DNA of 64,000 bases. Origin: a virus. Position 1 is the first letter of the stretch, and each line of letters begins with the position of its first letter. Made by a program: the position numbers and the translations under genes. The DNA lies in the IMG/VR virus record IMGVR_UViG_3300010354_004913, positions 27,226 through 91,225 of that record; one strand, given 5' to 3'. Under the pieces are notes generated by a model that was not told where the DNA came from, searched no databases, and saw nothing but the letters and a program-made list of their open reading frames with translations. Shown here one piece after another: positions 48,883 through 58,330 of this stretch.

Positions 48883-51800
48883 ATGCCATTATCTGTATGG
48901 ACTCAAGATTCTAATTATAACTTTGGAATACACGAAGAAAGAATTACGGTTAATTTACCGCTGCCTGTAACTCCAACAACAGGAGTAACTTATCAAGTTA
49001 TTTCTGGGAACTTACCCAGAGGATTACGTCTTGTTGGGTCTAATATTATAGGAACACCTTTTGAAGTTTCTAGAACTACCGAATACAAATTTGTTGTTAG
49101 AGCGAAAAAAGGTATAAATTTTGCCGACAGAACTTTTAGAATAACCATAGTAGGAAGTGACGATCCTCAGTGGCTAACACCAGCCGGACCGTTGCCCGTA
49201 GGTGCTAATCAAGCTTATTATATTTTAGATAGTAGTTATATTGACTTTCAACTATCTGCTGTAGATACTGACACTGCAGCAGGACAACAACTTAAATTTT
49301 TTATAGCTAGTGACGGAGGAGAATTGCCTCCTGGACTTATAATGACCGAAAGTGGACGTATAACTGGATTTGTACAACCACTATTATCAGTTCCTCAGAA
49401 TGCTGGTGAAGGCCCTTACGACACCGACTTATTTGATAATGTGGCCTACGATTTTGGATATAGACCAACCAATGGTTACGATACCTATGTGTACGATTTA
49501 ACTGTTTATGATTTTTTTGTTCCTACCGGAAGACCAAGAAAGTTAAATAGAAATTATGAATTTATAGTAACTATTACAGACGGTGATACTTTTACTACAC
49601 GAAAATACAGAATTTACGTAGTTGGTGACGATTTCTTTAGATCTGATAACGTTATTACAACAGCAGGCAGCGGCACGTATACAGCGGATGTAACCTACGT
49701 TAGATCTCCTATCTTTACTACTCCAGCTGATCTAGGATTTAGACGAGCAAACAATTATCAAACTTTTAAAATTGATACATGGGAAGGATTTAATGACGAT
49801 CTAGGTCCTATTGTTTACGAATTTGAAAGCATTAATGCTAGACTTAACGGCATGGCTATTAGAGAAACAGCTAGCGATAATAGGTTAGGATCTACAAACG
49901 TAAGAATAACTAGGGCAACATTAGAACCATTAATAGGATATAAATTAAATTTTAACGGAGAATTTACTGGCGCAACTAACACAACATATACTATAATTGA
50001 TGTAGATCAATTAGGTGGCGATATTTATAGAATGACTTTAGATAAACCTTTAGAAATAACTATTCCCAATGGTGCTGCTATCTTTATAGGAGACGACAGC
50101 GTTCTTCCTCCAGGCATGGACTTTGACCCGACTAAAGCAGAAGTATTTGGCACTGTTCCTTATCAACCTGCTATAACTAAAGAATATAATTTTACTATTA
50201 GAGCTATAAGATTTGGTCAAGGTACGGAAGTGGCTAGTAGTCGCAGAGTTTTTTCAGTTAAAATATTTGGAGAAGTTGATAGTGCCATGTCATGGAACAC
50301 TCCTAACGATTTAGGCACAATACTAGCAGGGTACGTAAGCACATTATTTGTCAGCGCATCGAGCACATACAACGGTACTATAATGTATAAACAGCTCGAT
50401 GGTAAAATGCCTCCTGGTTTAAGTTTAAACTTTGACGGAGAAATTGTAGGAAAAACAAATGAGATTGGTCAACAAGTTTCTTACAAAGGTATGTGGAAAC
50501 CAAGCACAGCATATACTACAAACAATATAGTAAGAAAAAACAGTAACTTAAATATTACTTCGATTGTTAGAAAAAAGAACACAGGATTTATTGTTACCGA
50601 AACAGATCACGGTTATAAAGACAACAGTCTTGTAAGAATAATCACAGATGATTTAACCTTTAACACATATTCTAGTATTGCTATTGAATGCGGTCCTATT
50701 AAAATAAACTCTAGAATAGGGTCTGGTAATAACAGAGTAAAATTTAGTATACCTAAACAAAAAAATATACCACTTGCTCCTACTTTTCCTAAAGGTAGCA
50801 TTACCGGAACACCTGCTAGTAATGTAGCTATATCTATTAGAACTGTCAATGTTAAATCTACTACAGGATCTGGCGTAGGCGCACAGTTTAAAATATTTAA
50901 ACCGTCAGATGCCTTAGTTAGATACACTGGTATAACTGAAATTTATTTAGAAGATCCCGGAATTGGATATTTGCCTGGAGACTATATTACAATTAGTGGA
51001 GCTGATCTAGACGGTGTCGATGGCATAAATGACATGACGTTTTGGATTCCAAATGGAATTGAATACTATTATAAAGTAAATGGAAACAGTAATAGTTTAT
51101 ATAATGGTAGATTTTTTGCTACAGAAAGCTCATCAGACTCTATAACATTGGTATATGCTGAAGATCCAGGAACATTCGGTAGCGGTACAATTAGTGTAGC
51201 TGTTGACTCTAATACATTTGAAGGTCAGACCCAGATTACTCCTTTGAATTATTTTAGTTATAATAACAAAGGAAGTACCACAGTAATGAAAGTTGCCGAG
51301 GGAAGAACAGAACCAGAAGCTATGTTCTACAAAGCATTGGTAAATCATACCAGCGGTCCAACATTTATAAACAGCAATTGGGAATCTTACACATTTGAGC
51401 TCGAGACGTCGACCCTAACAGAAATTGATACTAAGACTACTACATTTGATAATCAAACTACAACCTTAGATCGAACATATCAATTTACTATACAGGCAGC
51501 TGATCCTTTGGGATATAGTGCTATCGAACGACAATTTACAGTTCGTGTAAGTAATCCTAATCAAAAGTATTACAGTAACTTGTACGCAAAACCGTTCCTT
51601 AAACAATCTCAAAGAGATTTGTATAAAGGATTTATTAATAATTACGAAATTTTTACTCCAGACTTAATATACAGACCTTATGATCCTGAGTTTGGGATTC
51701 AACGAAATTTAAAAATGTTAGTGTTTGCCGGAATAGAGACAAAAGAAAGCAAAGACTATATTGCCATGATGGCTAAAAATCATAAACCTAAAAGATTTAA

Positions 51801-52431
51801 ATTCGGCAGCGTTGAGAAAGCAGTGGCAAAACTACCAGGAACTAACACAGAATTATATGAAATTGTCTACATTAAAATGATAGATCCGCTGGAAAAACAA
51901 TTACCTAACGGAAAATCTAAACCGTTGCCTCAAGTTGTTAAATTAGAATCGAGCAGTAATAATATCACAGTAGATCAAAATAACCAATTTTATCAAGGAC
52001 CATTTACATTAGATAGTCAAACATGGAACAGAGCAAATCCTTTTTATGTATCATTAGACAGCACCACAGTTTTTGCTGGAGACCCCGGCTCCAGCATAAG
52101 ATTTCCTAGCAGTATTAGTTTATGGCGATACAGAATTAAAAATATGATCGATACTGCTAGAGAAAGAAACTACTTACCATTATGGATGCGTAGTATTCAA
52201 CAGGGCAGCGTAACAGAATTAGACTATGTTGCTGCCGTACCAATTTGTTTCTGTAAGCCAGGGGGCGCAGATTACATTATGTTAAACATTAAAAACCATC
52301 TTGAAACTACAGATTTTGACTTTAAATTAATAGATTTTACCATAGACAGGTATATCATAGATTCTGTAGAAGAGGGTTACAACACAGATAAATATCTAGT
52401 ATTTAAAAATGATAGGACTTCAATAACATGA
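48883..52431 (+). CDS. Baseplate/structural protein with putative Ig repeats
   Basis: Repeated 'G.LP.GL...G.I.G' Ig-like units; C-terminal YLPLWM and IDRYII; GGTAAATA upstream. Confidence 0.7.
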   Translation: MPLSVWTQDSNYNFGIHEERITVNLPLPVTPTTGVTYQVISGNLPRGLRLVGSNIIGTPFEVSRTTEYKFVVRAKKGINFADRTFRITIVGSDDPQWLTPAGPLPVGANQAYYILDSSYIDFQLSAVDTDTAAGQQLKFFIASDGGELPPGLIMTESGRITGFVQPLLSVPQNAGEGPYDTDLFDNVAYDFGYRPTNGYDTYVYDLTVYDFFVPTGRPRKLNRNYEFIVTITDGDTFTTRKYRIYVVGDDFFRSDNVITTAGSGTYTADVTYVRSPIFTTPADLGFRRANNYQTFKIDTWEGFNDDLGPIVYEFESINARLNGMAIRETASDNRLGSTNVRITRATLEPLIGYKLNFNGEFTGATNTTYTIIDVDQLGGDIYRMTLDKPLEITIPNGAAIFIGDDSVLPPGMDFDPTKAEVFGTVPYQPAITKEYNFTIRAIRFGQGTEVASSRRVFSVKIFGEVDSAMSWNTPNDLGTILAGYVSTLFVSASSTYNGTIMYKQLDGKMPPGLSLNFDGEIVGKTNEIGQQVSYKGMWKPSTAYTTNNIVRKNSNLNITSIVRKKNTGFIVTETDHGYKDNSLVRIITDDLTFNTYSSIAIECGPIKINSRIGSGNNRVKFSIPKQKNIPLAPTFPKGSITGTPASNVAISIRTVNVKSTTGSGVGAQFKIFKPSDALVRYTGITEIYLEDPGIGYLPGDYITISGADLDGVDGINDMTFWIPNGIEYYYKVNGNSNSLYNGRFFATESSSDSITLVYAEDPGTFGSGTISVAVDSNTFEGQTQITPLNYFSYNNKGSTTVMKVAEGRTEPEAMFYKALVNHTSGPTFINSNWESYTFELETSTLTEIDTKTTTFDNQTTTLDRTYQFTIQAADPLGYSAIERQFTVRVSNPNQKYYSNLYAKPFLKQSQRDLYKGFINNYEIFTPDLIYRPYDPEFGIQRNLKMLVFAGIETKESKDYIAMMAKNHKPKRFKFGSVEKAVAKLPGTNTELYEIVYIKMIDPLEKQLPNGKSKPLPQVVKLESSSNNITVDQNNQFYQGPFTLDSQTWNRANPFYVSLDSTTVFAGDPGSSIRFPSSISLWRYRIKNMIDTARERNYLPLWMRSIQQGSVTELDYVAAVPICFCKPGGADYIMLNIKNHLETTDFDFKLIDFTIDRYIIDSVEEGYNTDKYLVFKNDRTSIT

Positions 52432-54065
52432 CCAGTGCAATAGTATCAGCTACAATTGATGACGCTTTTCCAGTAGCGGGCGTCGATAACGATAGCCAAG
52501 GATTTAGAGATAATTTCAACGTTATTAAAACTGGACTAGCCACTGCTGCCAGCGAAATATCTGATTTACAAACTAATGCTGCTAGAAAAGATGTAAACAA
52601 CGATTTCGACGGAAATATTATAAGCAATGCTGTAACCAGTCGAGTTTACGGATCAGCCTATCAAACTACAATTACTGGAAGTAGTGGTAATATTAGTCTT
52701 AACGACGGCGAATATCAACAACTAACAATTAACAATAATTGTATTTTAACATTTACCAATTGGCCGGAAGAAAATCAATACGGCAAAATTAGATTAGAAC
52801 TACGCAGTGACGGTATTTCTTCGTCAAAAGAAGTTCAATTTTCTACAGAAAGTGCTGGAGTAGTAAGATACGAGCTTGGAGCATTAACTAGTAAAGCCAC
52901 AGGCGCACATAGAAATTCCAAAGGCCTTTCAGCAACATCTACAGAATTTAGTTTTCCAACAGGAAATATTACCAGCGGAAGTTTCCAACCAGCGGACTTT
53001 TTATACGGCACAGGATTGCGTGGCTCTGTTTCCATTGTGACAGTAACCAATCTAGGAGCAGCTAATGCCACTGCCACTGTAGCTCCAATTCAAATTAATT
53101 ATTCTAATATTTCTGTAGGAGCAGAAGTAGTTGTTACAATGGCTGCATCAATAGCAACCGTAACTAACGGAGATCCCATTACATTATCAGATACTACAGG
53201 ACTAGTACTTCCTGCTGGTTCGTATTATGCGTTTAAAGACGGCGGTAATATCAAGGTATCGACTACACCTGGTTCATATACTGCTATAACAACTGGCACA
53301 GGTACATATACTGGCAATAACAAAGCAGCAACGTTTGCTCTACCAGTTGGTCCAAAAAACTATACTAATATAACTGTGGGCGCTGAGGTAATTCTTACAA
53401 TGGCAGATTCAATATCTGCAGTGACTGATGGTGATCCTGTTACACTAGCAGACACTACAGGACTTACAGGTATTAACACTTCAACTACATATTATGCGTT
53501 TAAAAACGGCAGTGACATTAAATTATCAAGTTCGCCAATTTCTTACACAGCTATAACCACTGCCATAGGAACATATACCGGAAATAACAAACCAGCTGGA
53601 TTTCCTTTAACCGGTAACTCAAATAGAGTTACATTAAGCAGTGCCATTGCTTCATCTATGTATGTAAACATGCCAATTGTGTTCACAGGCACCAGTTTTG
53701 GCGGAATTGCTGCAGGAACATACTTTGTTCATAGTATTATCGACAGCACAGGTATTAGATTAAAGGATGCCACAGGTACATTAGTTACAATGTCTGGTGG
53801 GGTAGGTACACTAGCCATAACTCCACGAACTGTGTTAACTACATCATTTCCGGCACAACCAGCACAACCAGCACCAAACGCAGATAAATCAATTCTTGAA
53901 GCAACTAACCTAACTTTAACAGTAAACAGTGCTATAATTCCCGATCAAAAGCTTATATTAGATGCTGATAATTCCAAAGTTAAAATTATCGAGGCATGGA
54001 AACGTCCGTATTCCGAAGTAGGACTCAATATTGTATATTTGAAATACATAGGAGAGTTTGGATGA
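52428..54065 (+). CDS. Structural (baseplate/fibre) protein with internal duplication
   Basis: FPVAGVDNDSQGFRDNF N-terminus; about 85-aa tandem duplication at ~53097-53609. Confidence 0.65.
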   Translation: MTSAIVSATIDDAFPVAGVDNDSQGFRDNFNVIKTGLATAASEISDLQTNAARKDVNNDFDGNIISNAVTSRVYGSAYQTTITGSSGNISLNDGEYQQLTINNNCILTFTNWPEENQYGKIRLELRSDGISSSKEVQFSTESAGVVRYELGALTSKATGAHRNSKGLSATSTEFSFPTGNITSGSFQPADFLYGTGLRGSVSIVTVTNLGAANATATVAPIQINYSNISVGAEVVVTMAASIATVTNGDPITLSDTTGLVLPAGSYYAFKDGGNIKVSTTPGSYTAITTGTGTYTGNNKAATFALPVGPKNYTNITVGAEVILTMADSISAVTDGDPVTLADTTGLTGINTSTTYYAFKNGSDIKLSSSPISYTAITTAIGTYTGNNKPAGFPLTGNSNRVTLSSAIASSMYVNMPIVFTGTSFGGIAAGTYFVHSIIDSTGIRLKDATGTLVTMSGGVGTLAITPRTVLTTSFPAQPAQPAPNADKSILEATNLTLTVNSAIIPDQKLILDADNSKVKIIEAWKRPYSEVGLNIVYLKYIGEFG

Positions 54066-54295
54066 TTCATCCACTGGCTGAAGATTTTACACAACTCAAA
54101 GATGCTGAAGTCGAATCTCGACTTCAGGATCTAAGTAAAAAATACTGGATGACAAACAATCCTCATGTACGCCAACAAATGAACGTGTTGATAGGCATTT
54201 ACAGAGAAGAATTGAGTACAAGACGCCAGCGAGCTTTACAGCAACAATACCAAAACAGAGACAAAGGTCTTGACAAATTAATTAAAGTAAACTAA
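54062..54295 (+). CDS. Hypothetical coiled-coil protein
   Basis: GGAG RBS, ATG 54062. Confidence 0.65.
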   Translation: MIHPLAEDFTQLKDAEVESRLQDLSKKYWMTNNPHVRQQMNVLIGIYREELSTRRQRALQQQYQNRDKGLDKLIKVN

Positions 54296-54298
54296 AAT
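54270..54298 (+). promoter_or_regulatory. sigma70 promoter, leaderless to ATG 54305
   Basis: TTGACA-N17-TAAAAT-N6-ATG. Confidence 0.75.
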
Positions 54299-54304
54299 AC
54301 TTTA

Positions 54305-54805
54305 ATGAATCTAAACAAATACAGCGTTCCTGTCTTTCAAGAAAATGATCTTATGAGATTGATTTATCAAAATCACGATGATCTATTACAAGCTATTCTT
54401 GTAGAAGACACAGTGGAAACTAGAAAACTAAAAGAACACTACCCAATCAAATTAGCATCAGAATTTGAATCAGCTATTAGTGTTGAAGACTTTGACAAAA
54501 TTTGTCAAAATGATTGGTTCATTCCAGACGAATACAAAAATATGGACATTGAAGGATTCTTAGTCTATGTCTGCCCTAAAGAAAATTATCAGCGTCTTAT
54601 AGAAGAATTACAGGAATTTAGAGCAAGAAACATGCTCGATTTGTTACGTTGGCTAAAATATTTTGTTGATACTTGTAGGGCAAACAAAATAGTATGGGGA
54701 GTAGGTCGCGGATCTAGTGTAGCCAGCTATGTGCTATATTTGATCGGTGTTCATAGAATAGACAGTTTGAAATATAATTTAGACTGGCGAGACTTTTTAA
54801 GATAA
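54305..54805 (+). CDS. Miniature DNA polymerase III alpha-like fragment
   Basis: 'RL.EEL...WGVGRGSSVASYVLYLIGVHRID.LKY.L....FLR' matches the DnaE GRGS segment and stops before the PDID aspartates. Confidence 0.75.
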   Translation: MNLNKYSVPVFQENDLMRLIYQNHDDLLQAILVEDTVETRKLKEHYPIKLASEFESAISVEDFDKICQNDWFIPDEYKNMDIEGFLVYVCPKENYQRLIEELQEFRARNMLDLLRWLKYFVDTCRANKIVWGVGRGSSVASYVLYLIGVHRIDSLKYNLDWRDFLR

Positions 54806-54829
54806 GTATAGTTATTAAGGAGAATTACT

Positions 54830-55042
54830 ATGGCTCAAAAAGAAGCAGGTAAAAAAATCTATCGTTCAATGCAAGGTAAAGAAATTGACATTGACAAATT
54901 ACGTATTAGAAATGAAACAACTTTGGCTGTAGGTAATGCCAGAGTAAATGCTCGTGGTGATGAGATTGGTCCTGGAGGCAAAATCATTAAGAAACGCGAA
55001 GAAGTTGTCACAGAGTACTACACAGGAAAACCTAGCGAGTAA
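54830..55042 (+). CDS. Hypothetical protein
   Basis: GATAAGTA and AGGAG upstream; AVGNARVNARGD. Confidence 0.7.
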   Translation: MAQKEAGKKIYRSMQGKEIDIDKLRIRNETTLAVGNARVNARGDEIGPGGKIIKKREEVVTEYYTGKPSE

Positions 55043-55045
55043 AAA

Positions 55046-55384
55046 ATGAACACTGTTAAAGGTACAATTAAACCTCTAAGAGATAATGTCTTAGTAGTTG
55101 ATATGGATTTTGATGAACAACGTACACGGTCAGGTATCATTATTACATCAGATGACGGTAAGGGACACGGTGTTAAGCCTCGATGGGCTCGTGTATGGGC
55201 AGTAGGGCCCGATCAAACTGATGTACAAGTTGGCGAATGGATCTACGTAGAACACGGTCGTTGGACTAGAGGAATCAGTGTCGAAGACAATGGTAAAGAA
55301 ATTACCATTAGAATGGTTGAACCAAAATCAATTATGCTTCAATCTAACGAAAAACCAGAAGACGTATATTTAGGTGCCGAATGA
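55046..55384 (+). CDS. groES: GroES-like co-chaperonin
   Basis: IKPLRDNVLV...TRSGII...VWAVGP...VQVGE. Confidence 0.85.
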   Translation: MNTVKGTIKPLRDNVLVVDMDFDEQRTRSGIIITSDDGKGHGVKPRWARVWAVGPDQTDVQVGEWIYVEHGRWTRGISVEDNGKEITIRMVEPKSIMLQSNEKPEDVYLGAE

Positions 55385-55740
55385 CAAATCCATTTCAAGA
55401 TCAAGAAAAGTTTATGCGAGCCTGTGATCAAACTGTGGGCGAAACTAATGCTTATCAATTTCATTTATACAAAAATCTTATTGAAGAAGAATTTAAAGAA
55501 CTTCAAGAAGCAGATAATCAATTAGAACAGTTAGATGCTTTAATAGATATATTAGTTGTAACTATTGGTGCTATTCATTCTGCTGGATTTGACGCAGAAG
55601 GGGCTTGGAAGGAAGTCATGCGTACTAATTTTGCTAAAATTGATCCTATTACTGGTAAAGTTAATAAGCGTGAAGATGGCAAAGTACTAAAGCCAGAGGG
55701 GTGGCAACCTCCCAATTTGAAACCTTTTTTAACAAAATAA
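55381..55740 (+). CDS. MazG-like/PRA-PH nucleotide pyrophosphohydrolase
   Basis: LIEEEFKEL, LDALID, N.AK...REDGKVLKP.GW. Confidence 0.85.
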   Translation: MTNPFQDQEKFMRACDQTVGETNAYQFHLYKNLIEEEFKELQEADNQLEQLDALIDILVVTIGAIHSAGFDAEGAWKEVMRTNFAKIDPITGKVNKREDGKVLKPEGWQPPNLKPFLTK

Positions 55741-55742
55741 CC

Positions 55743-55780
55743 ATAAGAGTCTTGACTGACTCTTATTTTTATAGTAAAAT
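55743..55780 (+). terminator. Terminator hairpin whose loop is the -35 box of the next leaderless promoter
   Basis: ATAAGAGTC/GACTCTTAT arms, loop TTGACT, T-run; TTGACT-N17-TAAAAT-N6-ATG 55787. Confidence 0.7.
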
Positions 55781-55786
55781 ACAAAA

Positions 55787-56029
55787 ATGAGCTTTCGTAT
55801 CACTTGGGACATAGCTAACATTACGCAACAGATTTATAAGATGAGAGCTGAGGTTTGTTCTCCTTATAATGACGGATTTTCGCAATGGTCGATTAAACAA
55901 GATTTATATCAATTAAAATGGCTTATAGATCAATCGTTAGAATCATGCCCAACATTCTCAGACGAAGAACAATGGCTCAAAGAACAAGATCAAAAAAGAA
56001 TGTGGAAAACTATAAAGGATAGCAAATGA
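55787..56029 (+). CDS. Hypothetical protein
   Basis: 80-aa ORF. Confidence 0.65.
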   Translation: MSFRITWDIANITQQIYKMRAEVCSPYNDGFSQWSIKQDLYQLKWLIDQSLESCPTFSDEEQWLKEQDQKRMWKTIKDSK

Positions 56030-56187
56030 ATTGTAACACTTGTCACAAAGAATACAGCCCTGTGTGCGACTATAATCAAGGACGCTGTCCTCTCCATCCA
56101 CCTTATATCAATCCTCATTCGATGAGATTTTATAATTTATTCAAATCAATAAAGGAATTTTTTAGTCGTGAAAGAAAACCTAATTAG
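56026..56187 (+). CDS. Small Cys-rich protein (53 aa)
   Basis: Hand translation MNCNTCHKEYSPVCDYNQGRCPLH...; ATGA coupling. Confidence 0.55.
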   Translation: MNCNTCHKEYSPVCDYNQGRCPLHPPYINPHSMRFYNLFKSIKEFFSRERKPN

Positions 56188-56425
56188 CCAGGCGGGGTTT
56201 AGCACTACTTTTGAAAAAGATCGATTATATAAACTAATTGATCTAGTTGTAAAAGAATGTGTTCAAGCAGTAAAAAATACTCCAACTAATTGTGCCATTA
56301 CCACTTATGATTTAGGAGTAGCTGAATGTACAATACAAAAAAGCCTAGATCAATTAACAACCAAATTTAATTTACCGAGAGAAAAAAAGGATAGCAATGA
56401 AAGACTTATGGGTAGAGAAGTATAG
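56168..56425 (+). CDS. Hypothetical protein, distant relative of the 'ELIVREC' family
   Basis: LIDLVVKECVQAV. Confidence 0.5.
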   Translation: MKENLISQAGFSTTFEKDRLYKLIDLVVKECVQAVKNTPTNCAITTYDLGVAECTIQKSLDQLTTKFNLPREKKDSNERLMGREV

Positions 56426-57308
56426 ACCAAAAACACTTGATGAATATGTTTTTAGGGATGCCCATCAAAGACATCAAATTGAAAGATGGGTATCTGAAAA
56501 AACTATTCCCCATTTGTTGTTAAGTGGTAATGCCGGTATCGGTAAAACTACTTTAGCCAAAGTACTGTTCAATGAGTTAGAGATTAACGATCTTGACATT
56601 ATGGAAATTAATGCCAGTCGAGAAAATAATGCTGAAACTATCCGAGACAAGATCACTAACTTTGTGCGTATGATTCCTTTTGGAGATTTTAAGATTGTCT
56701 TATTAGACGAGGCTGATTATCTTACTCCTAACGCACAGGCTATTCTACGTGGAGTTATGGAGGAGTATCATACTACTGCTCGATTTATACTAACGTGTAA
56801 CTATCCTAATAGAATTATTCCAGCCATTCACAGCCGTTGTCAAGGATTTCATTTTGAAAAAATTGATGCCACTGAGTTTACTGCTAGAGTAGCTACAATT
56901 CTTGTCGAAGAAGGCATTGATTTTGATTTAGATACACTAGACACATTTGTTAAGTCGTCTTATCCAGATCTGAGGAAAACTATCAATAATGTTCAAATGA
57001 ACAGTCTAGATGGTAAGTTACATGTACCTGAAAGCAACGAATCCAACGACGACTATCGCTTTCAAATGGTTGAACTTTTTAAACAGGGCAAAATTCGAGA
57101 CGCCCGTAAACTAATTTGTAGTCAAGCTAGACCAGAAGAAATTGAGGACATCTATAGATGGATGTATGACAATGTTGAAATCTTTGGCGACGAAATGACT
57201 CAAGACAAAGCACTATTAATCATCAAGCAAGGTCTTGTAGATCATACTCTTGTGATCGATCCCGAAATTAATCTAGCTGCTACATTAGTAAGACTTGCTA
57301 ATTTATAA
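56397..57308 (+). CDS. Sliding-clamp loader AAA+ subunit (RFC small/T4 gp44-like)
   Basis: LWVEKYRP, GNAGIGKT, INAS, LDEAD, SRC. Confidence 0.93.
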   Translation: MKDLWVEKYRPKTLDEYVFRDAHQRHQIERWVSEKTIPHLLLSGNAGIGKTTLAKVLFNELEINDLDIMEINASRENNAETIRDKITNFVRMIPFGDFKIVLLDEADYLTPNAQAILRGVMEEYHTTARFILTCNYPNRIIPAIHSRCQGFHFEKIDATEFTARVATILVEEGIDFDLDTLDTFVKSSYPDLRKTINNVQMNSLDGKLHVPESNESNDDYRFQMVELFKQGKIRDARKLICSQARPEEIEDIYRWMYDNVEIFGDEMTQDKALLIIKQGLVDHTLVIDPEINLAATLVRLANL

Positions 57309-57317
57309 GGGAATAAG

Positions 57318-57641
57318 ATGACACACTTAGTAACAGAAAACTGTATCAAATGTAAACACACAGATTGTGTAGATGTTTGTCCTGTTGATTGTTTTCACGA
57401 AGGACCTAATTTTTTAACTATTGATCCCGACGAGTGTATTGACTGCGGAGTTTGTATACCAGAATGTCCCATTGATGCTATTGTACCAGACAATGATACT
57501 AATGTTGATGTAGTATTTTGGTCAGATTTAAATAGAAGGCTTAGCCAAAAATGGCCTGTAATTACCAAACGTAAAGATCCGTTGCCGGAAGCTGAAGAAT
57601 GGAAAGACAAGCCTAATAAAATCGATCTACTAGAAGAATAA
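57318..57641 (+). CDS. fdxA: 7Fe ferredoxin (FdxA type)
   Basis: [18 protein letters not shown]...[12 protein letters not shown]; WPVIT tail. Confidence 0.92.
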   Translation: MTHLVTENCIKCKHTDCVDVCPVDCFHEGPNFLTIDPDECIDCGVCIPECPIDAIVPDNDTNVDVVFWSDLNRRLSQKWPVITKRKDPLPEAEEWKDKPNKIDLLEE

Positions 57642-57647
57642 AATAGT

Positions 57648-57821
57648 ATGAGGGAAATAGTAACTCCAGATGGTAAAGTTTATGCTCGAGTAGAGGTCGA
57701 CAACGAGCATCTTAGTATACAACTAGTCAACTATCATGGAGTTGTTGTCAAGATGGATAAAAAAATTATTCCTCAATTAAGACAATTGCTAACAGAAGCA
57801 GAATTTTTTAAATTGTTATGA
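57648..57821 (+). CDS. Hypothetical protein (57 aa)
   Basis: Hand translation MREIVTPDGKVY...; ATGA coupling to the next gene. Confidence 0.5.
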   Translation: MREIVTPDGKVYARVEVDNEHLSIQLVNYHGVVVKMDKKIIPQLRQLLTEAEFFKLL

Positions 57822-58330
57822 AACAAAAATATGTTGACCTTTATATGGATTGGGCTCGTCGGGCAGCTGAATTAAGTCATGCTCGACGACTTCATGTTGG
57901 TGCTGTCATAGTCAAAGACGATACTGTTATTAGTTATGGCTACAACGGTATGCCAGCCGGATGGGATAACGACTGCGAAGATAAAGACTGGATGGATCGA
58001 GGTGCAGGTGGGTGGTTGGATCCAGAAGAAATCTACGAGCGGTGGCCTCATGTGGAATACAATGAAGAAGCAGAAGAAGAATATAGATACCGTTGGAAAA
58101 CTAAACCAGAGGTACTACATGCTGAGTCAAATGCCATTGCTAAATTAGCTAGATCAACAAATAGCGGTGCTGGAGCCGATCTCTTTATTACCCATAGTCC
58201 CTGTATCGATTGTGCTAAATTAATATATCAGTCCGGAATTAAACGTGTTTTTTTTGGAGAACACTATAGAGATAACGCAGGGATTGATTTTTTAACCAAA
58301 TCAAACATAGAGGTAATAAAACATGGCTAA
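57818..58330 (+). CDS. dCMP deaminase
   Basis: VGAVIV, GYNG, HAE, SPCIDC. Confidence 0.92.
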   Translation: MKQKYVDLYMDWARRAAELSHARRLHVGAVIVKDDTVISYGYNGMPAGWDNDCEDKDWMDRGAGGWLDPEEIYERWPHVEYNEEAEEEYRYRWKTKPEVLHAESNAIAKLARSTNSGAGADLFITHSPCIDCAKLIYQSGIKRVFFGEHYRDNAGIDFLTKSNIEVIKHG

